Shown here: positions 1-11,998 of the stretch, piece after piece
How positions within the stretch are numbered: position 1 is the stretch's first letter
Layout of the letters: each line of letters opens with the position of its first letter
From: Octopus bimaculoides
Lineage: Eukaryota
Reading direction: 5' to 3'
Length of the DNA stretch: 64,000 nt
NCBI RefSeq assembly: GCF_001194135.2
Contig: NC_068987.1
Coordinates: 19,746,857 to 19,810,856, forward strand
Notes under the pieces: generated by a model
Told to the model about the DNA's origin: nothing
The model's database searches: none
Seen by the model: the letters and a program-made list of their open reading frames with translations, nothing else
Translations under genes and position numbers: made by a program

Positions 1-15
1 GAAATAGAGAGAGAA

Positions 16-52
<37 letters not shown>

Positions 53-117
53 AAGAGAAATAGAGAGAAAGAAAGAGAGAGAAATAGAGAGAGAGAGAGA
101 GAGAAAGAGATGTATAT

Positions 118-261
118 TACTCTCTTTTACTCATTTCAGTCATTTCACTGCGGCCATGCTGGAGCACCACCTTTAGTCGAGAAAATCGACCCCAGGACTT
201 ATTCTTTGTAAGCCTAGTACTTATTCTATCGGTCTCTTTTTGCCGAACTGCTAAGTTACGG
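118..261 (-). mobile_element. SINE family A, 3' fragment
   Basis: Contains cagtcatttcactgcggccatgctggagcaccacctttagtcga...ccccaggacttattctttgtaagcctagtac, shared with the near-complete copies at 21385 and 22657. Confidence 0.85.
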
Positions 262-325
262 CTATTATTAAAAATTACTGTTTTTAAATCTCACAACATG
301 AGATATTCAGCAACAATACTTTGTA

Positions 326-658
326 GTAAAGATTGTTTGCCAACATAACATGGCAGTCCTGGTTTAAGACTAATGTTGCTGTAATTTAGCCCCAGGAGAC
401 ATCGTCTCCAGCTGGTTGTACAACACGATCTGTGTACTTATATTTTCAAACAAGGGAATCTGTGCTGATGAAAAGAAATAACTCAGAAATCGCGATACAC
501 AGATATTGTTTTGAGCTGAGTGGGGGTGCTAGATTCCCTTGTTCGAAAATATAAGGACACAGATCATATCATATAGCCAGCTGGAGACATCTCCTGGGGC
601 TAAATTACAGCAACATTAGTCCTAAACCAGGACTCCCATGTTGGCAAACAATCTTTAC
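326..658. mobile_element. Fold-back element / long-TIR MITE
   Basis: Imperfect inverted arms 326-461 (gtaaagattgtttgccaac...aagggaatct) and 531-658 (agattccctt...gttggcaaacaatctttac), 69-bp spacer; no clear TSD. Confidence 0.75.
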
Positions 659-671
659 AAGGCTATTAATG

Positions 672-995
672 TCGGTGAAGGGGTAAATTGATTACATCAA
701 CCCCAGGGCTCAACTGAAAGGATGAAAGGCAAGGTCGACTGCAGCAGAATTTGAACTCAGAACAAAGACAGACAAAATGCTACTAAGCAGTAATAAGTTT
801 CTACCATAGGGACAAAGTCTGAAATTTTGAGGGAGGAGGCTAGTTGATTACATCAACTCCAGTACTTGATTGGTGCTTGTTCTGACCCTGAAAGAACGAG
901 AAGCAAAACCAACCTTGGCAGAATTTGAACCCAGAATACAAAGACAGCTGAACATTTTGTCCAGTATGCTAATGATTCTGTCAGCTCACCACCTT
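672..995 (-). mobile_element. Two tandem decayed SINE family B copies
   Basis: gatgaaaggcaaggtcgac...aatttgaactcagaac occurs twice; head ends ...tcagctcaccacctt at 995. Confidence 0.75.
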
Positions 996-1038
996 AACAA
1001 CAACAACAACAACAATAATAATAATAATGATGGTTTCA

Positions 1039-1118
1039 AAGGTGGTGAGCTGGCAGAAACGTTAGCACGCCAGGTGAAATGCTTAGTGGTATTTCGTCTG
1101 TCTTTACGTTCTGAGTTC
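1039..1118 (+). mobile_element. SINE family B head, truncated by gap
   Basis: aaggtggtgagctggcagaaacgttagc...cgttctgagttc: A-box and start of B-box of the tRNA-derived head. Confidence 0.8.
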
Positions 1119-2697
1119 NNNNNNNNNNNNNNNNNNNNNNNNNNNNNNNNNNNNNNNNNNNNNNNNNNNNNNNNNNNNNNNNNNNNNNNNNNNNNNNNNN
1201 NNNNNNNNNNNNNNNNNNNNNNNNNNNNNNNNNNNNNNNNNNNNNNNNNNNNNNNNNNNNNNNNNNNNNNNNNNNNNNNNNNNNNNNNNNNNNNNNNNNN
1301 NNNNNNNNNNNNNNNNNNNNNNNNNNNNNNNNNNNNNNNNNNNNNNNNNNNNNNNNNNNNNNNNNNNNNNNNNNNNNNNNNNNNNNNNNNNNNNNNNNNN
1401 NNNNNNNNNNNNNNNNNNNNNNNNNNNNNNNNNNNNNNNNNNNNNNNNNNNNNNNNNNNNNNNNNNNNNNNNNNNNNNNNNNNNNNNNNNNNNNNNNNNN
1501 NNNNNNNNNNNNNNNNNNNNNNNNNNNNNNNNNNNNNNNNNNNNNNNNNNNNNNNNNNNNNNNNNNNNNNNNNNNNNNNNNNNNNNNNNNNNNNNNNNNN
1601 NNNNNNNNNNNNNNNNNNNNNNNNNNNNNNNNNNNNNNNNNNNNNNNNNNNNNNNNNNNNNNNNNNNNNNNNNNNNNNNNNNNNNNNNNNNNNNNNNNNN
1701 NNNNNNNNNNNNNNNNNNNNNNNNNNNNNNNNNNNNNNNNNNNNNNNNNNNNNNNNNNNNNNNNNNNNNNNNNNNNNNNNNNNNNNNNNNNNNNNNNNNN
1801 NNNNNNNNNNNNNNNNNNNNNNNNNNNNNNNNNNNNNNNNNNNNNNNNNNNNNNNNNNNNNNNNNNNNNNNNNNNNNNNNNNNNNNNNNNNNNNNNNNNN
1901 NNNNNNNNNNNNNNNNNNNNNNNNNNNNNNNNNNNNNNNNNNNNNNNNNNNNNNNNNNNNNNNNNNGAGGAATATTTATTCTTTAAAATTTTTTATTATA
2001 TTTTAGTTCCTTTACTTTGGTTTTGCTTCTTGCTCTGCAATTTCCGTTACATGGTCCACAAGATTTTACATTTGATTCTTTTTAATTATTCCTTCTAACA
2101 GTGAGTTTTATTCATTTATTTTTTTTTTTCTTTTTCTTTTTGTTCTATTCCTCTTTTATAAAACTGCTTTTTTTTTTTTGTTTTGTTTTGGCTCCTCCTT
2201 TACTCTTTCACTTTCTATATCGCATGATTTAATGTCTAATTCTAGCTTTTTTTTTTTTTCTATTAAGAACCTCACTGCACAAAAAAATGAAATATTAAAA
2301 ATACAAAAATGACATTAAAAGAAAATTTCACACACACACACACACACACATTTATTTAATTCAATAGTGAACATATCAGAAAGTTAGAGTGAGCCAAGAA
2401 TTGGCTTAGAACCAACCCTTAGCAGAATGGAATATTTTTCTGAAAGGTGATTGGCATCCAAATCCTAAAGATGTGTATGCACGTGCATGCCATGCTAACC
2501 TAGACACACATACACACATATAAATATATACATACATACATTATATATATATATATATATGGAAGTGCATGTGAGTGCACGTGCCTGCGTGCATGGTGAT
2601 TTGAGTTAAATTCAATTGCCTATGTTTCACATGTTTTATAACACATCTCTCAGTTACTCAGGCTAATACATATACACACATATATACATGTATATGC

Positions 2698-2758
<61 letters not shown>

Positions 2759-2979
2759 AACATATATACATACACACATATATACATACATATATGTATA
2801 AAACAGACACACACACTTAACTATGTGTATGTATGCGTGTGTATATTACACACATACATACATATGTCGATTGAAAATTTACAATGGCAATGTAATATAT
2901 GACATAGATATGTCATAAATGAAAATATGCATTAGCATACTTAAGTGTGAGTTAGCATACATATATCAAGTGTATGAAT

Positions 2980-3018
<39 letters not shown>

Positions 3019-3381
3019 TTATACATACAAAATGCATGTTACATATGTACGCAGTGCATGTTAGCATGCACGTGTTAGTGTATGTAATGAAAGCCAAGTT
3101 AACATATGCGAAGATTGTGCTAGCATATATAGGAAGCATGTATGAGCGAATATCAAAAGACATTTTTTTTCAATGACTGAGAAAACCCACGCATGTGTAC
3201 GAGTGGGGGAGAGGGGTCGTGCGTGTGTATTGACTGAATCTACAAACTTCCATCATATATAATTTTCACTTCAATTTGTATATAACATTTACATGTACAG
3301 AGTCGGAGCTAATTTGTAGGTAGTATGCATGTAAACATCAAATGTAGACAAATTTATATTATACACACAAACACATACATA

Positions 3382-3601
3382 CGAGGGGGTACTGAAAAGT
3401 TCCTGGCTTTAAGGGTATTGTGAAAGGTCTGGTTGAGGGCCCAATCTTCCAAGTTCTTTTACAGGGCTTAGGAAAACTGAAGGACTGCTGCAATAAGTTT
3501 TTACACATCTGTGAGAGGAATATGTTGAATAAAATCATAATTAACTGATCCTCCCTCTATATTCTTTTGCCCCAAACCAAGAACTTTTCAGCACCCACTT
3601 G
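3382..3601. mobile_element. mariner-type MITE
   Basis: ta|cgagggggtactgaaaagttcctgg ... ccaagaacttttcagcacccacttg: imperfect TIRs with TA on the left side. Confidence 0.7.
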
Positions 3602-4025
3602 TGTAAGTGAATATATATATATATTTAATACTGTGAAACTTAATTCAATTTTAAGTTTTAATAAATTGACTTTAATTGAGCTTTTACCTGTAATTTTGAA
3701 TTTTTATCCCTAATATTATTATTATTATATATGTAGGTTAAAGAGTTCATATGTTCACAAAAGAAGCACGCTATAGAACTTTAGAGTAGAAATATTTAGA
3801 AGGTTGTTATGGCCAGTCTGAAAGTACCCTTAGTTTTACACTTATAAAACTCTTAGCTGTATAGGCAACTTGTCTCAAATGGCTGGAGGCACATAACTTC
3901 TCTACTAGATAGTGTGTGCCTCCGGTCATTTGAGTCCAATGAGCTTTATAGGTGTAAAATCAATGGCCGTTCTCAGACTGGCTATAACAACTTTTTATAT
4001 CTACACACACACACACACACACACA

Positions 4026-4418
4026 GAGGAATGGCTGTGTGTGTAAGAAGCTTGCTTCCCAAACATGAGGTATTAGGTTCAGTCTCACTGTGTGGCACCA
4101 TGGGCAAATATATTCTACAATACCCTCAGGTCAACCACAGCCTGGTGAGTGGATTTGGTAGATGGAAACTGAAAGAAACCCTTTACATGTGTACATGTGT
4201 GTATGTGTATATGTGTGTGTTACAATTGTCCCCACCACCACTTGTCACCCAATGTTGGTTTGTTTACAGTCCCCATAACTCAGTGGCTTGGCAAAAGAGA
4301 CCAATAGAATGAGTACCAGACTTAAGAGTACTGAGGTTGATTTGTTTGGCAAAGCCCTTCAAGGCGGTCTTCCAGTATGGCCACAGTCCAGCAATTGCAA
4401 CAGATGAAAGATATAAGA
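4026..4418 (+). mobile_element. SINE family A, decayed full length
   Basis: tRNA-like head atggctgtgtgtgtaagaagcttgcttccc...ggttcagtc, CORE-like ggcaccatgggcaa, gagtggatttggtagatggaaactgaaagaa, internal (TG)n, family-A 3' end. Confidence 0.8.
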
Positions 4419-5239
4419 TACACGAAAAGAGAAAGAGAGAGAGAGAGATAAGGTGATATTTTCTTCTTGTGAAAGCTGTTAGGGAACCAGGTTAGTAATT
4501 CAGGGATCATGGATTCAGACAACTACATTGACATTGATTGGCTCAGTCCACCAAACCGTAAATAGGTACAAAGAGGAAAATATATTCTACAGCTGTAAAT
4601 AGTTAAGGCAGTGTTTGTGTGTGCATGCATATATTTAAGTACTTCTTTAAAGTGCTGTCACTAAAAAGAAATAATAATAATAATAATGATAATAAACTCG
4701 TGATTATCTAAGACATGCTAAACGTGGTGCCTTGAATAATTCCTCTCAGAATTATGGAAATAATCAATCAATCAATTACTGAAGTGCTACCAAAAAATTG
4801 CAATGCAGAGAGAAAGAGAGAGAGAGAGGAAACATTGTAAAGGTTTACATCATAATCAACCAGAGATTGTTTCTGTTTGTTTTTTTTTTATCTATTTTAT
4901 TTCCATTTATTTTTTCACCCTTTTTATTTTTATTTATTTATTTATTCATTTTGGCAACATACATACAAATTGGCATTATAGATATCAGATCTCATTCAAT
5001 TACCTGAGCTAAACCAATTCCAACATTTGGTCAATATTCTGATGAATGATTCTAAGTGAAATTTCTCAGTCAGCATGAACCACTTAAGTGTTAAAACAAA
5101 ATTTATTTACCCATTTTAAAAAAAATGTCTTTCTTCCCCCTTTTTTTTTGTTCATTTTATCCTCATACAGACATAAACCTATAATTCCTATAATTATGTC
5201 ACACTGTGTCATGATGCAAATCCAATCAGATTTTTCATA

Positions 5240-5390
5240 CCATTTTATGGATCATGAATGGTGTTTTCCTATTCTACGCACAACTGTGCCTATGATGTAA
5301 ATTCGATCATACATTTTTCATACTATTCAAGAGGCATAACCTTTTCAAGATCATATTTCCAATGAAGTACACAACTTGTTTCTTGGTTTA
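5240..5390 (-). pseudogene. Possible highly decayed piggyBac transposase fragment
   Basis: Minus strand reads WKYDLEKVMPLE*YEK then, after a frameshift, *SNLH; resembles the piggyBac VMSRxRFExIxxxLHF motif. Weak. Confidence 0.3.
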
Positions 5391-5450
5391 TTTTGAAAAT
5401 AATCAAGAATTTGCAAAGAATTTAGTAAAATAACTTGCGTTGGAATTTAC

Positions 5451-5763
5451 CTTTTACTTGTTTCAGTCATTAGACTGTGGCCATGCTGGAGAAGCACCTT
5501 GAACAATTTTATTCAAATGAATTGACCCCAGTAATTTTTTTTATTCTTAAAGCCTGGTACTAATTCTATTAATCTCTTTTACNNNNNNNNNNCACACACA
5601 TGAAGGACTTCTTTCAGCTTCTTTCTACCAAATCATCTCACAAGGCTTTGGTCGGCCTGAGGCTCTGGTAGAAGAAACTTGCCCAAGGTGCCACACAGTA
5701 GGACTGAATCCAGAACCATGTAGTTGGGAAACAAGCTTCTTACCACACAGCCACGCCTATGCC
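5451..5763 (-). mobile_element. SINE family A (small gap inside)
   Basis: Family-A 3' end and head motifs (caaggctttggtcggcctgagg...cccaaggtgccacacagtaggactgaatcc). Confidence 0.8.
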
Positions 5764-6020
5764 TATATATATATATATGATGTAGGTAGGGTAAAATCCA
5801 AGATGTGTCCTCTTGAAGCACATTTACTTATTCTAGTATGACAATCCAGCATGTATTATTCAATTCTCTAAAGAATTTCTAACAGGAAATTTCTTACATG
5901 TTTATCCAGCATGTACAATTTTGTGATTCCTATTAGCAAGTGAAACATGTGTAATGGTGTATAAATAATACCAAAAAATTTTCCAGATTCCTGTTTTGTT
6001 TATATATACATATGTATATG

Positions 6021-6409
6021 TTTTCTTTTACTCGTTTCAGTCATTATGTTGTGGCCATTCTGGCGCACCGCCTTGAAGGGTTTAGTTAAACAAGTTGACT
6101 TCAGTACTTATTAAGCCTGGTACTTTGGCAAAAGGAGTCTTGATCTTTTGCCAAACCACTAAGTTCTGGGGGAGGGGGGTATGTAAACAAACCAACACTG
6201 GTTGTCAAGCAGTAGTGTGAGACAACACACACACACATTATACACATGACAAGCTTCTTTCAGTTTCTGTCTATAAAATCCACTCACTAGGAACTGGTTG
6301 GTCTAGGGTTATAATAGAAAACATTTGTCCAGGTGGAATGCAGTGGGACTAAACCCAAAACTACGTGGCTGGGAAGCTAGCTTCTAACCAAACAACCATA
6401 CCTGTGCCC
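6021..6409 (-). mobile_element. SINE family A, decayed
   Basis: Same ordered motifs as the 21385 copy. Confidence 0.75.
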
Positions 6410-6460
6410 ATGTGTGTGTGTGTGTGTGTGTATCTATCTATCTATCTATATATATATGTC

Positions 6461-6546
6461 TGGTGCAGCCATCTGGTTCATCAGCCCTCAGTCAACTCGT
6501 CCAACCCATGCTAGCATGGCAAGCGGACGTTAAACGATGATGATGA
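6461..6546 (+). mobile_element. SINE family E 3' end with (gat)n tail
   Basis: gtccaacccatgctagcatggcaagcggacgttaaacgatgatgatga; reverse complement of 6551-6645. Confidence 0.8.
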
Positions 6547-6550
6547 TATA

Positions 6551-6808
6551 TCATCATCATCATCATCGTTTAACGTCCGCTTTCCATGCTAGCATGGGTT
6601 GGACGATTTGATTGAGGACTGGTGAAACCGGATGGCAACACCAGGCTCCAATCCAATTTGGCAGAGTTTCTACAGCTGGATGCCCTTCCTAACGCCAACC
6701 ACTCAGAGAGTATAGTGGGTGCTTTTACGTGTCACTCGCACGAAGGCCAGTCAGGCGGTACTGGCAACGGCCACGCTCAAAATGGTGTATTTTATGTGCC
6801 ACCCGCAC
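6551..6808 (-). mobile_element. SINE family E 3' half
   Basis: (atc)n gtttaacgtccgctttccatgctagcatggg...ggatgcccttcctaacgccaaccactc; near-identical to 8408-8600. Confidence 0.85.
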
Positions 6809-6994
6809 NNNNNNNNNNNNNNNNNNNNNNNNNNNNNNNNNNNNNNNNNNNNNNNNNNNNNNNNNNNNNNNNNNNNNNNNNNNNNNNNNNNNNNNNNNNN
6901 NNNNNNNNNNNNNNNNNNNNNNNNNNNNNNNNNNNNNNNNNNNNNNNNNNNNNNNNNNNNNNNNNNNNNNNNNNNNNNNNNNNNNNNNNNNNNN

Positions 6995-7051
<57 letters not shown>

Positions 7052-8407
7052 AAGATATATTGATATATATTAAGTAGATTTTAGCCCACATGCAGATGCA
7101 AAATTAATGCTATTTCACAATGTCCATATGACCTTGCACATTTTATTGCTGCTCTTGTACCATTTAGTAGAGCATTGTTTATCTTCATACAAGTATCAAT
7201 AATGTCTTTCCAGAATGAGTCTAAACCATTCCAGATCTAACAGAACAGTACTGGGAAAACGCTCGTTTTCATTATTTTCCTTCCTTTCAGAATTAAATTT
7301 TTAAAATAATTTTTCTTTTAATATCCAAAAATTCCAATTTAGAAATAATCATGGAAATAATAGCTTTGTGACAGAGTCCACTTCCATACCCCTTCATCTC
7401 CCCCCCTCATTCCTGCAAAAAAAAAAACCCCACCTTCAAATGAATAGTGTTTGTTTTTTGGAGGGAGAGGGTTGCATACAAGTTTAGTTGAGGGGAAAAA
7501 TTAAAGAAAGAAAATTTAACTAAAAGCTAACAATGAATAAATAATGGAAGAAGAAAATGAAAAAGGGAAAAAAAAAAAATTATCAGCAGTCTTTTTAAGG
7601 AGAAACTGTTACCATGAGATGTCATAGTAGAAGGGCCTAGAATTTAACTATTGTTCAATTGTACTAATTGTTGATTTCTCAATAAGGTAAAAAATTTTTT
7701 TTTTTTTTTTTAAATCATAAAAAAAACCATTCAAAACAAAAACAACAACCAAATGTTGCAACAGGCTGACAATGGAACCATTCTTCAGTTGGAGTGGCAT
7801 TGATTTCTCATTGAAGAAAGTGTGATGATCTGATTGGAGCTGTTACTTTATGAGGACTGATGGTGGTGGTAGTCACGATGGTGGTGGTAATGTTGATCAT
7901 GATGATGATGATGATGTTGCTAACGAAGGTTGTTAGTGGATGGTGAAAGTAGTTTCCATCATGCTGTTGGTCGTGGTAGTGACCAGCAGGGCGCTAGCTG
8001 ATGCCAACCAGTATGTTGGCGAAGACAGCTATTGGTGATGGTGGTAGTGATGATGGCAATGGCGGAGGTGGTGATGATTATAATAATAATAATGGTGATA
8101 ATGATGAAGGTGGTGGTGATGATGGTAAATGGTAGTGATTGGTGATGATAATGACACTACATCACAACAAATTTAACCAGGAGACTTCTTAAGATCAGAG
8201 TTGATGTGGGAGCTCAATAACAACAACAACAACAACAACAACAGAAACCAACAATATCAAGAACGTTGTAGTTCTTGATATTGTTGGTCTAGCTATAGAT
8301 ATCATGTATAAAAAGACAGGATGGTTTTTGTTGGAATACCTCTGATTATAAGACAGCTCAATCAAGGCTGATTTGGAGGTTAAACAACAACATACACGTA
8401 CATATAT

Positions 8408-8600
8408 ATCATCATCATCGTTTAACGTCTGCTTTCCATGCTAGCATGAGTTGGATGATTTGACTGAGGACTGGTGGACCAGATGGCGACACCAGGCTCC
8501 AATCTGATTTGGCAGAGTTTCTATAGCTGGATGCCCTTCCTAACGCCAACCACTCTGAGAGTGTAGTGGGTGCTTTTACGTGCCACCGGCACGAGGGCCA
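8408..8600 (-). mobile_element. SINE family E 3' half
   Basis: catcatcatcgtttaacgtc...gatgcccttcctaacgccaaccactctgagagtgtagtgggtgcttttacgtgcc. Confidence 0.85.
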
Positions 8601-8849
8601 GTCATGTCTGTGTCTCTATGTACCTCCACATTGACACTGCCTGGATAATGATAACATCTGTTTATGTTCCCACCTAATGTCCCACTGTTTTGAGGCCTGA
8701 AGATAGGTAAAACAAAATACTTGAAAACAAAGGTTAGCTTCAGAAAGGGCATCTGGCCTAGACTACTACCCTGAGATGTTTCCTCTAAATAAATCCAGGA
8801 TATATATATATATATATATATAAAAAGAACAGATGTAAAAATGATGATC

Positions 8850-9035
8850 ATGGGTGAAATGCTTAGAGCATTTTATCCGTCTTTACGTTCTGAGTTCAAA
8901 TTCTGCCAGGGTTGACTTTGCCTTTCATCCTTCTGGGGTTGAATAAAATAAGTACCAGTTAAGCACTGGGGTCGATGTAATTGACTAGTACCCTCCCACA
9001 AAATTTCAGGCCTTATGCCTATAGTAGAAAGGATT
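8850..9035 (+). mobile_element. SINE family B, 5'-truncated
   Basis: cgttctgagttcaaattctgcc...ctttgcctttcatccttctggggttgaataaaataagtaccagtt. Confidence 0.8.
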
Positions 9036-9309
9036 ATTGTCAAATCTGATGACCAAGAGGAAATTTGAAATGACAGAGGAGTAGTTTGCTTTGATAGTAT
9101 ATGATATATGTTTTTTTCAAAGAGTGAAATTAGCAGTACTAATTTTGGTAGCATAGAGAAAATTCTTCATTGATATCTGAAGAATGACTCTCCAGAAGGG
9201 GATTTGAAGTAAACGGAAAGTAGTAAAATTTAGCAATACATTTATTCTACTGGATATGTTGGGTGCTCTTATTTTTTTTAATGCTAGTTATAAAACGCAA
9301 ACAGGCAGC

Positions 9310-9690
9310 ACACACAAAAAGACACACACACACACTTACAAAGAAAGAAAGACACACACACACACACACTGACAAAGAAAGAAAGACACACATACTTAAG
9401 AAGGCACACACACACACACAACGAAAGACACACACACACAAAGAAAGATACTCACACACTTACAAAGACACACACATAAAGATACATAAACACATTTACA
9501 CAAAGACATGCACATAGACCCACACAAAGAAACATACACACACACACAAAAAGACACGCACACACACTCACATAAAAAGAGACACACACACACACTTACT
9601 CAGAGACATACATTCGCACACACACCCACACTGAAAGACGCACACATTCACACGGACACACACTCACACAAAAAGACACACAGACAGAAA
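9310..9690. repeat. Compound (CA)n minisatellite with aaagac/aaagaaag spacers
   Basis: Recurrent aaagacacacacac(actt)ac units. Confidence 0.8.
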
Positions 9691-9967
9691 CAATTGCACA
9701 GTAAAAACACTGGAACATTCTAGAAATGTGCAGTAACAATTATTGATACAGTTGTGTTTGTGGAATGACTGCTGACAGAGAGGACATGATGCAACAATAA
9801 AGAAACCATTAGAGGAGTCTCCACACTTTCATCTCATAGTCAGCAGTTCTGAAGCCTTTACCAATTCTACGCACCTAGAATACATAATGAATATAATTAA
9901 TTCAATGTCATTTGTATGCTCATTAGCATATGTCCAAGTCAAATCAAAGTTTTTAATTTATCATTTG

Positions 9968-10140
9968 TTTTTATCTTGTTTCAGACATCAGGCTACGACC
10001 ATGCTGGGGCAGCACTTTGAAGAATTTCACTCAAACTAATCAACCCCAAGCCTGGTACTTGTTCTATTGATCTCTTTTGCTGAATGCTATGTTTTAGGGA
10101 TGGGCACACACCAATACCAGCTGTCAAGCAGTGGTGGATG

Positions 10141-10175
<35 letters not shown>

Positions 10176-10470
10176 AGTGGTGGTGTCATGTAACTTGCAC
10201 CCATGCCGGTGTCACGTGAAAAGCACCTTTTGAGTGAAGGGCCTCACGGAGGCAATGACAAACAACCAAGACCTTTGGCATTATGCCGTGCTTAAGAAGA
10301 CCCATCAAACCAAGTAAAATCAGTCGTGGCAGATACTGATGTCATGCAATAAAAGTATCCATTACACTCATGGTTACGGGAGACGTAAACACACCAGCAT
10401 CGGTTGTCAAGCGATGTTGGGGGGAGGGGGGACAAACACAGACACACAAACATATACACACATACATATA
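9968..10470 (-). mobile_element. Two SINE family A fragments with a family E-related segment between them
   Basis: A 3' end 9968-10140; ggtgtcacgtgaaaagcac segment about 10180-10370; second A middle fragment 10371-10470. Confidence 0.7.
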
Positions 10471-10474
10471 ACTC

Positions 10475-10660
10475 TTCGAAACGCCAGTGTTAGAATGGTG
10501 GCAGCTGATGAAGGAAAATGTTCTCTATGTGGCCTGTGTGTTTTCTGTACTCCGTTTATTATTTTTGTCTACGTTTTGTTTGCAACGTCCTGTACCCAGA
10601 TATGCATCTATATATACAGGTAGATGTAGGTATGTACATACATGTACGTATATATGCATA
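10475..10660 (+). mobile_element. Non-autonomous repeat with ttcGAAAC...CTGATGA motifs (possibly Penelope-like derived)
   Basis: Homologous to 59790-59978 on the minus strand: shared ttcgaaacgc, ca[ag]ctgaYgaagg, gtcctgtaccca.atatgcat. Penelope assignment is inference. Confidence 0.5.
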
Positions 10661-11657
10661 TACTCATTTATTATTTGTATTATATATATATATATATATA
10701 TATNNNNNNNNNNNNNNNNNNNNNNNNNNNNNNNNNNNNNNNNNNNNNNNNNNNNNNNNNNNNNNNNNNNNNNNNNNNNNNNNNNNNNNNNNNNNNNNNN
10801 NNNNNNNNNNNNNNNNNNNNNNNNNNNNNNNNNNNNNNNNNNNNNNNNNNNNNNNNNNNNNNNNNNNNNNNNNNNNNNNNNNNNNNNNNNNNNNNNNNNN
10901 NNNNNNNNNNNNNNNNNNNNNNNNNNNNNNNNNNNNNNNNNNNNNNNNNNNNNNNNNNNNNNNNNNNNNNNNNNNNNNNNNNNNNNNNNNNNNNNNNNNN
11001 NNNNNNNNNNNNNNNNNNNNNNNNNNNNNNNNNNNNNNNNNNNNNNNNNNNNNNNNNNNNNNNNNNNNNNNNNNNNNNNNNNNNNNNNNNNNNNNNNNNN
11101 NNNNNNNNNNNNNNNNNNNNNNNNNNNNNNNNNNNNNNNNNNNNNNNNNNNNNNNNNNNNNNNNNNNNNNNNNNNNNNNNNNNNNNNNNNNNNNNNNNNN
11201 NNNNNNNNNNNNNNNNNNNNNNNNNNNNNNNNNNNNNNNNNNNNNNNNNNNNNNNNNNNNNNNNNNNNNNNNNNNNNNNNNNNNNNNNNNNNNNNNNNNN
11301 NNNNNNNNNNNNNNNNNNNNNNNNNNNNNNNNNNNNNNNNNNNNNNNNNNNNNNNNNNNNNNNNNNNNNNNNNNNNNNNNNNNNNNNNNNNNNNNNNNNN
11401 NNNNNNNNNNNNNNNNNNNNNNNNNNNNNNNNNNNNNNNNNNNNNNNNNNNNNNNNNNNNNNNNNNNNNNNNNNNNNNNNNNNNNNNNNNNNNNNNNNNN
11501 NNNNNNNNNNNNNNNNNNNNNNNNNNNNNNNNNNNNNNNNNNNNNNNNNNNNNNNNNNNNNNNNNNNNNNNNNNNNNNNNNNNNNNNNNNNNNNNNNNNN
11601 NNNNNNNNNNNNNNNNNNNNNNNNNNNNNNNNNNNNNNNNNNNNNNNNNNNNNNNNN

Positions 11658-11696
<39 letters not shown>

Positions 11697-11959
11697 AAGC
11701 TAAGGAATAGTTCCTTCAACAAGGGATACATACACACACATATACATATATATATATATGCATGTACACAAACATGTGGACAGATAGGGAGACTGACACC
11801 AACAGATGTATGTATAGACAGTTAAATAAGTACACTGATGTATATAAATATACACACACTGTTACATAATACATGCACTCACAGATACATTATTACACAT
11901 GTATATAAATACACATACAGAAATAAATAAATACATATATGTGCACATACATATATATG

Positions 11960-11998
<39 letters not shown>

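Noticed and set aside
870-2006. 378-aa ORF and the other long ORFs spanning N-runs (10.5-11.8, 16.1-17.4, 18.7-19.7, 32.0-33.1, 34.9-35.8, 46.2-47.1 and 57.1-57.6 kb)
   Set aside because: Open only because Ns contain no stop codons; the flanks are SINE or microsatellite.
9247-9723. HT/CV/YI/ER-repeat ORFs here and throughout the track
   Set aside because: Translations of dinucleotide microsatellites.
9810-9880. Minus-strand acceptor-like site followed by VRRIGKGFRTADYEMKVWRLL*
   Set aside because: Short, weak polypyrimidine tract, no recognisable homology.
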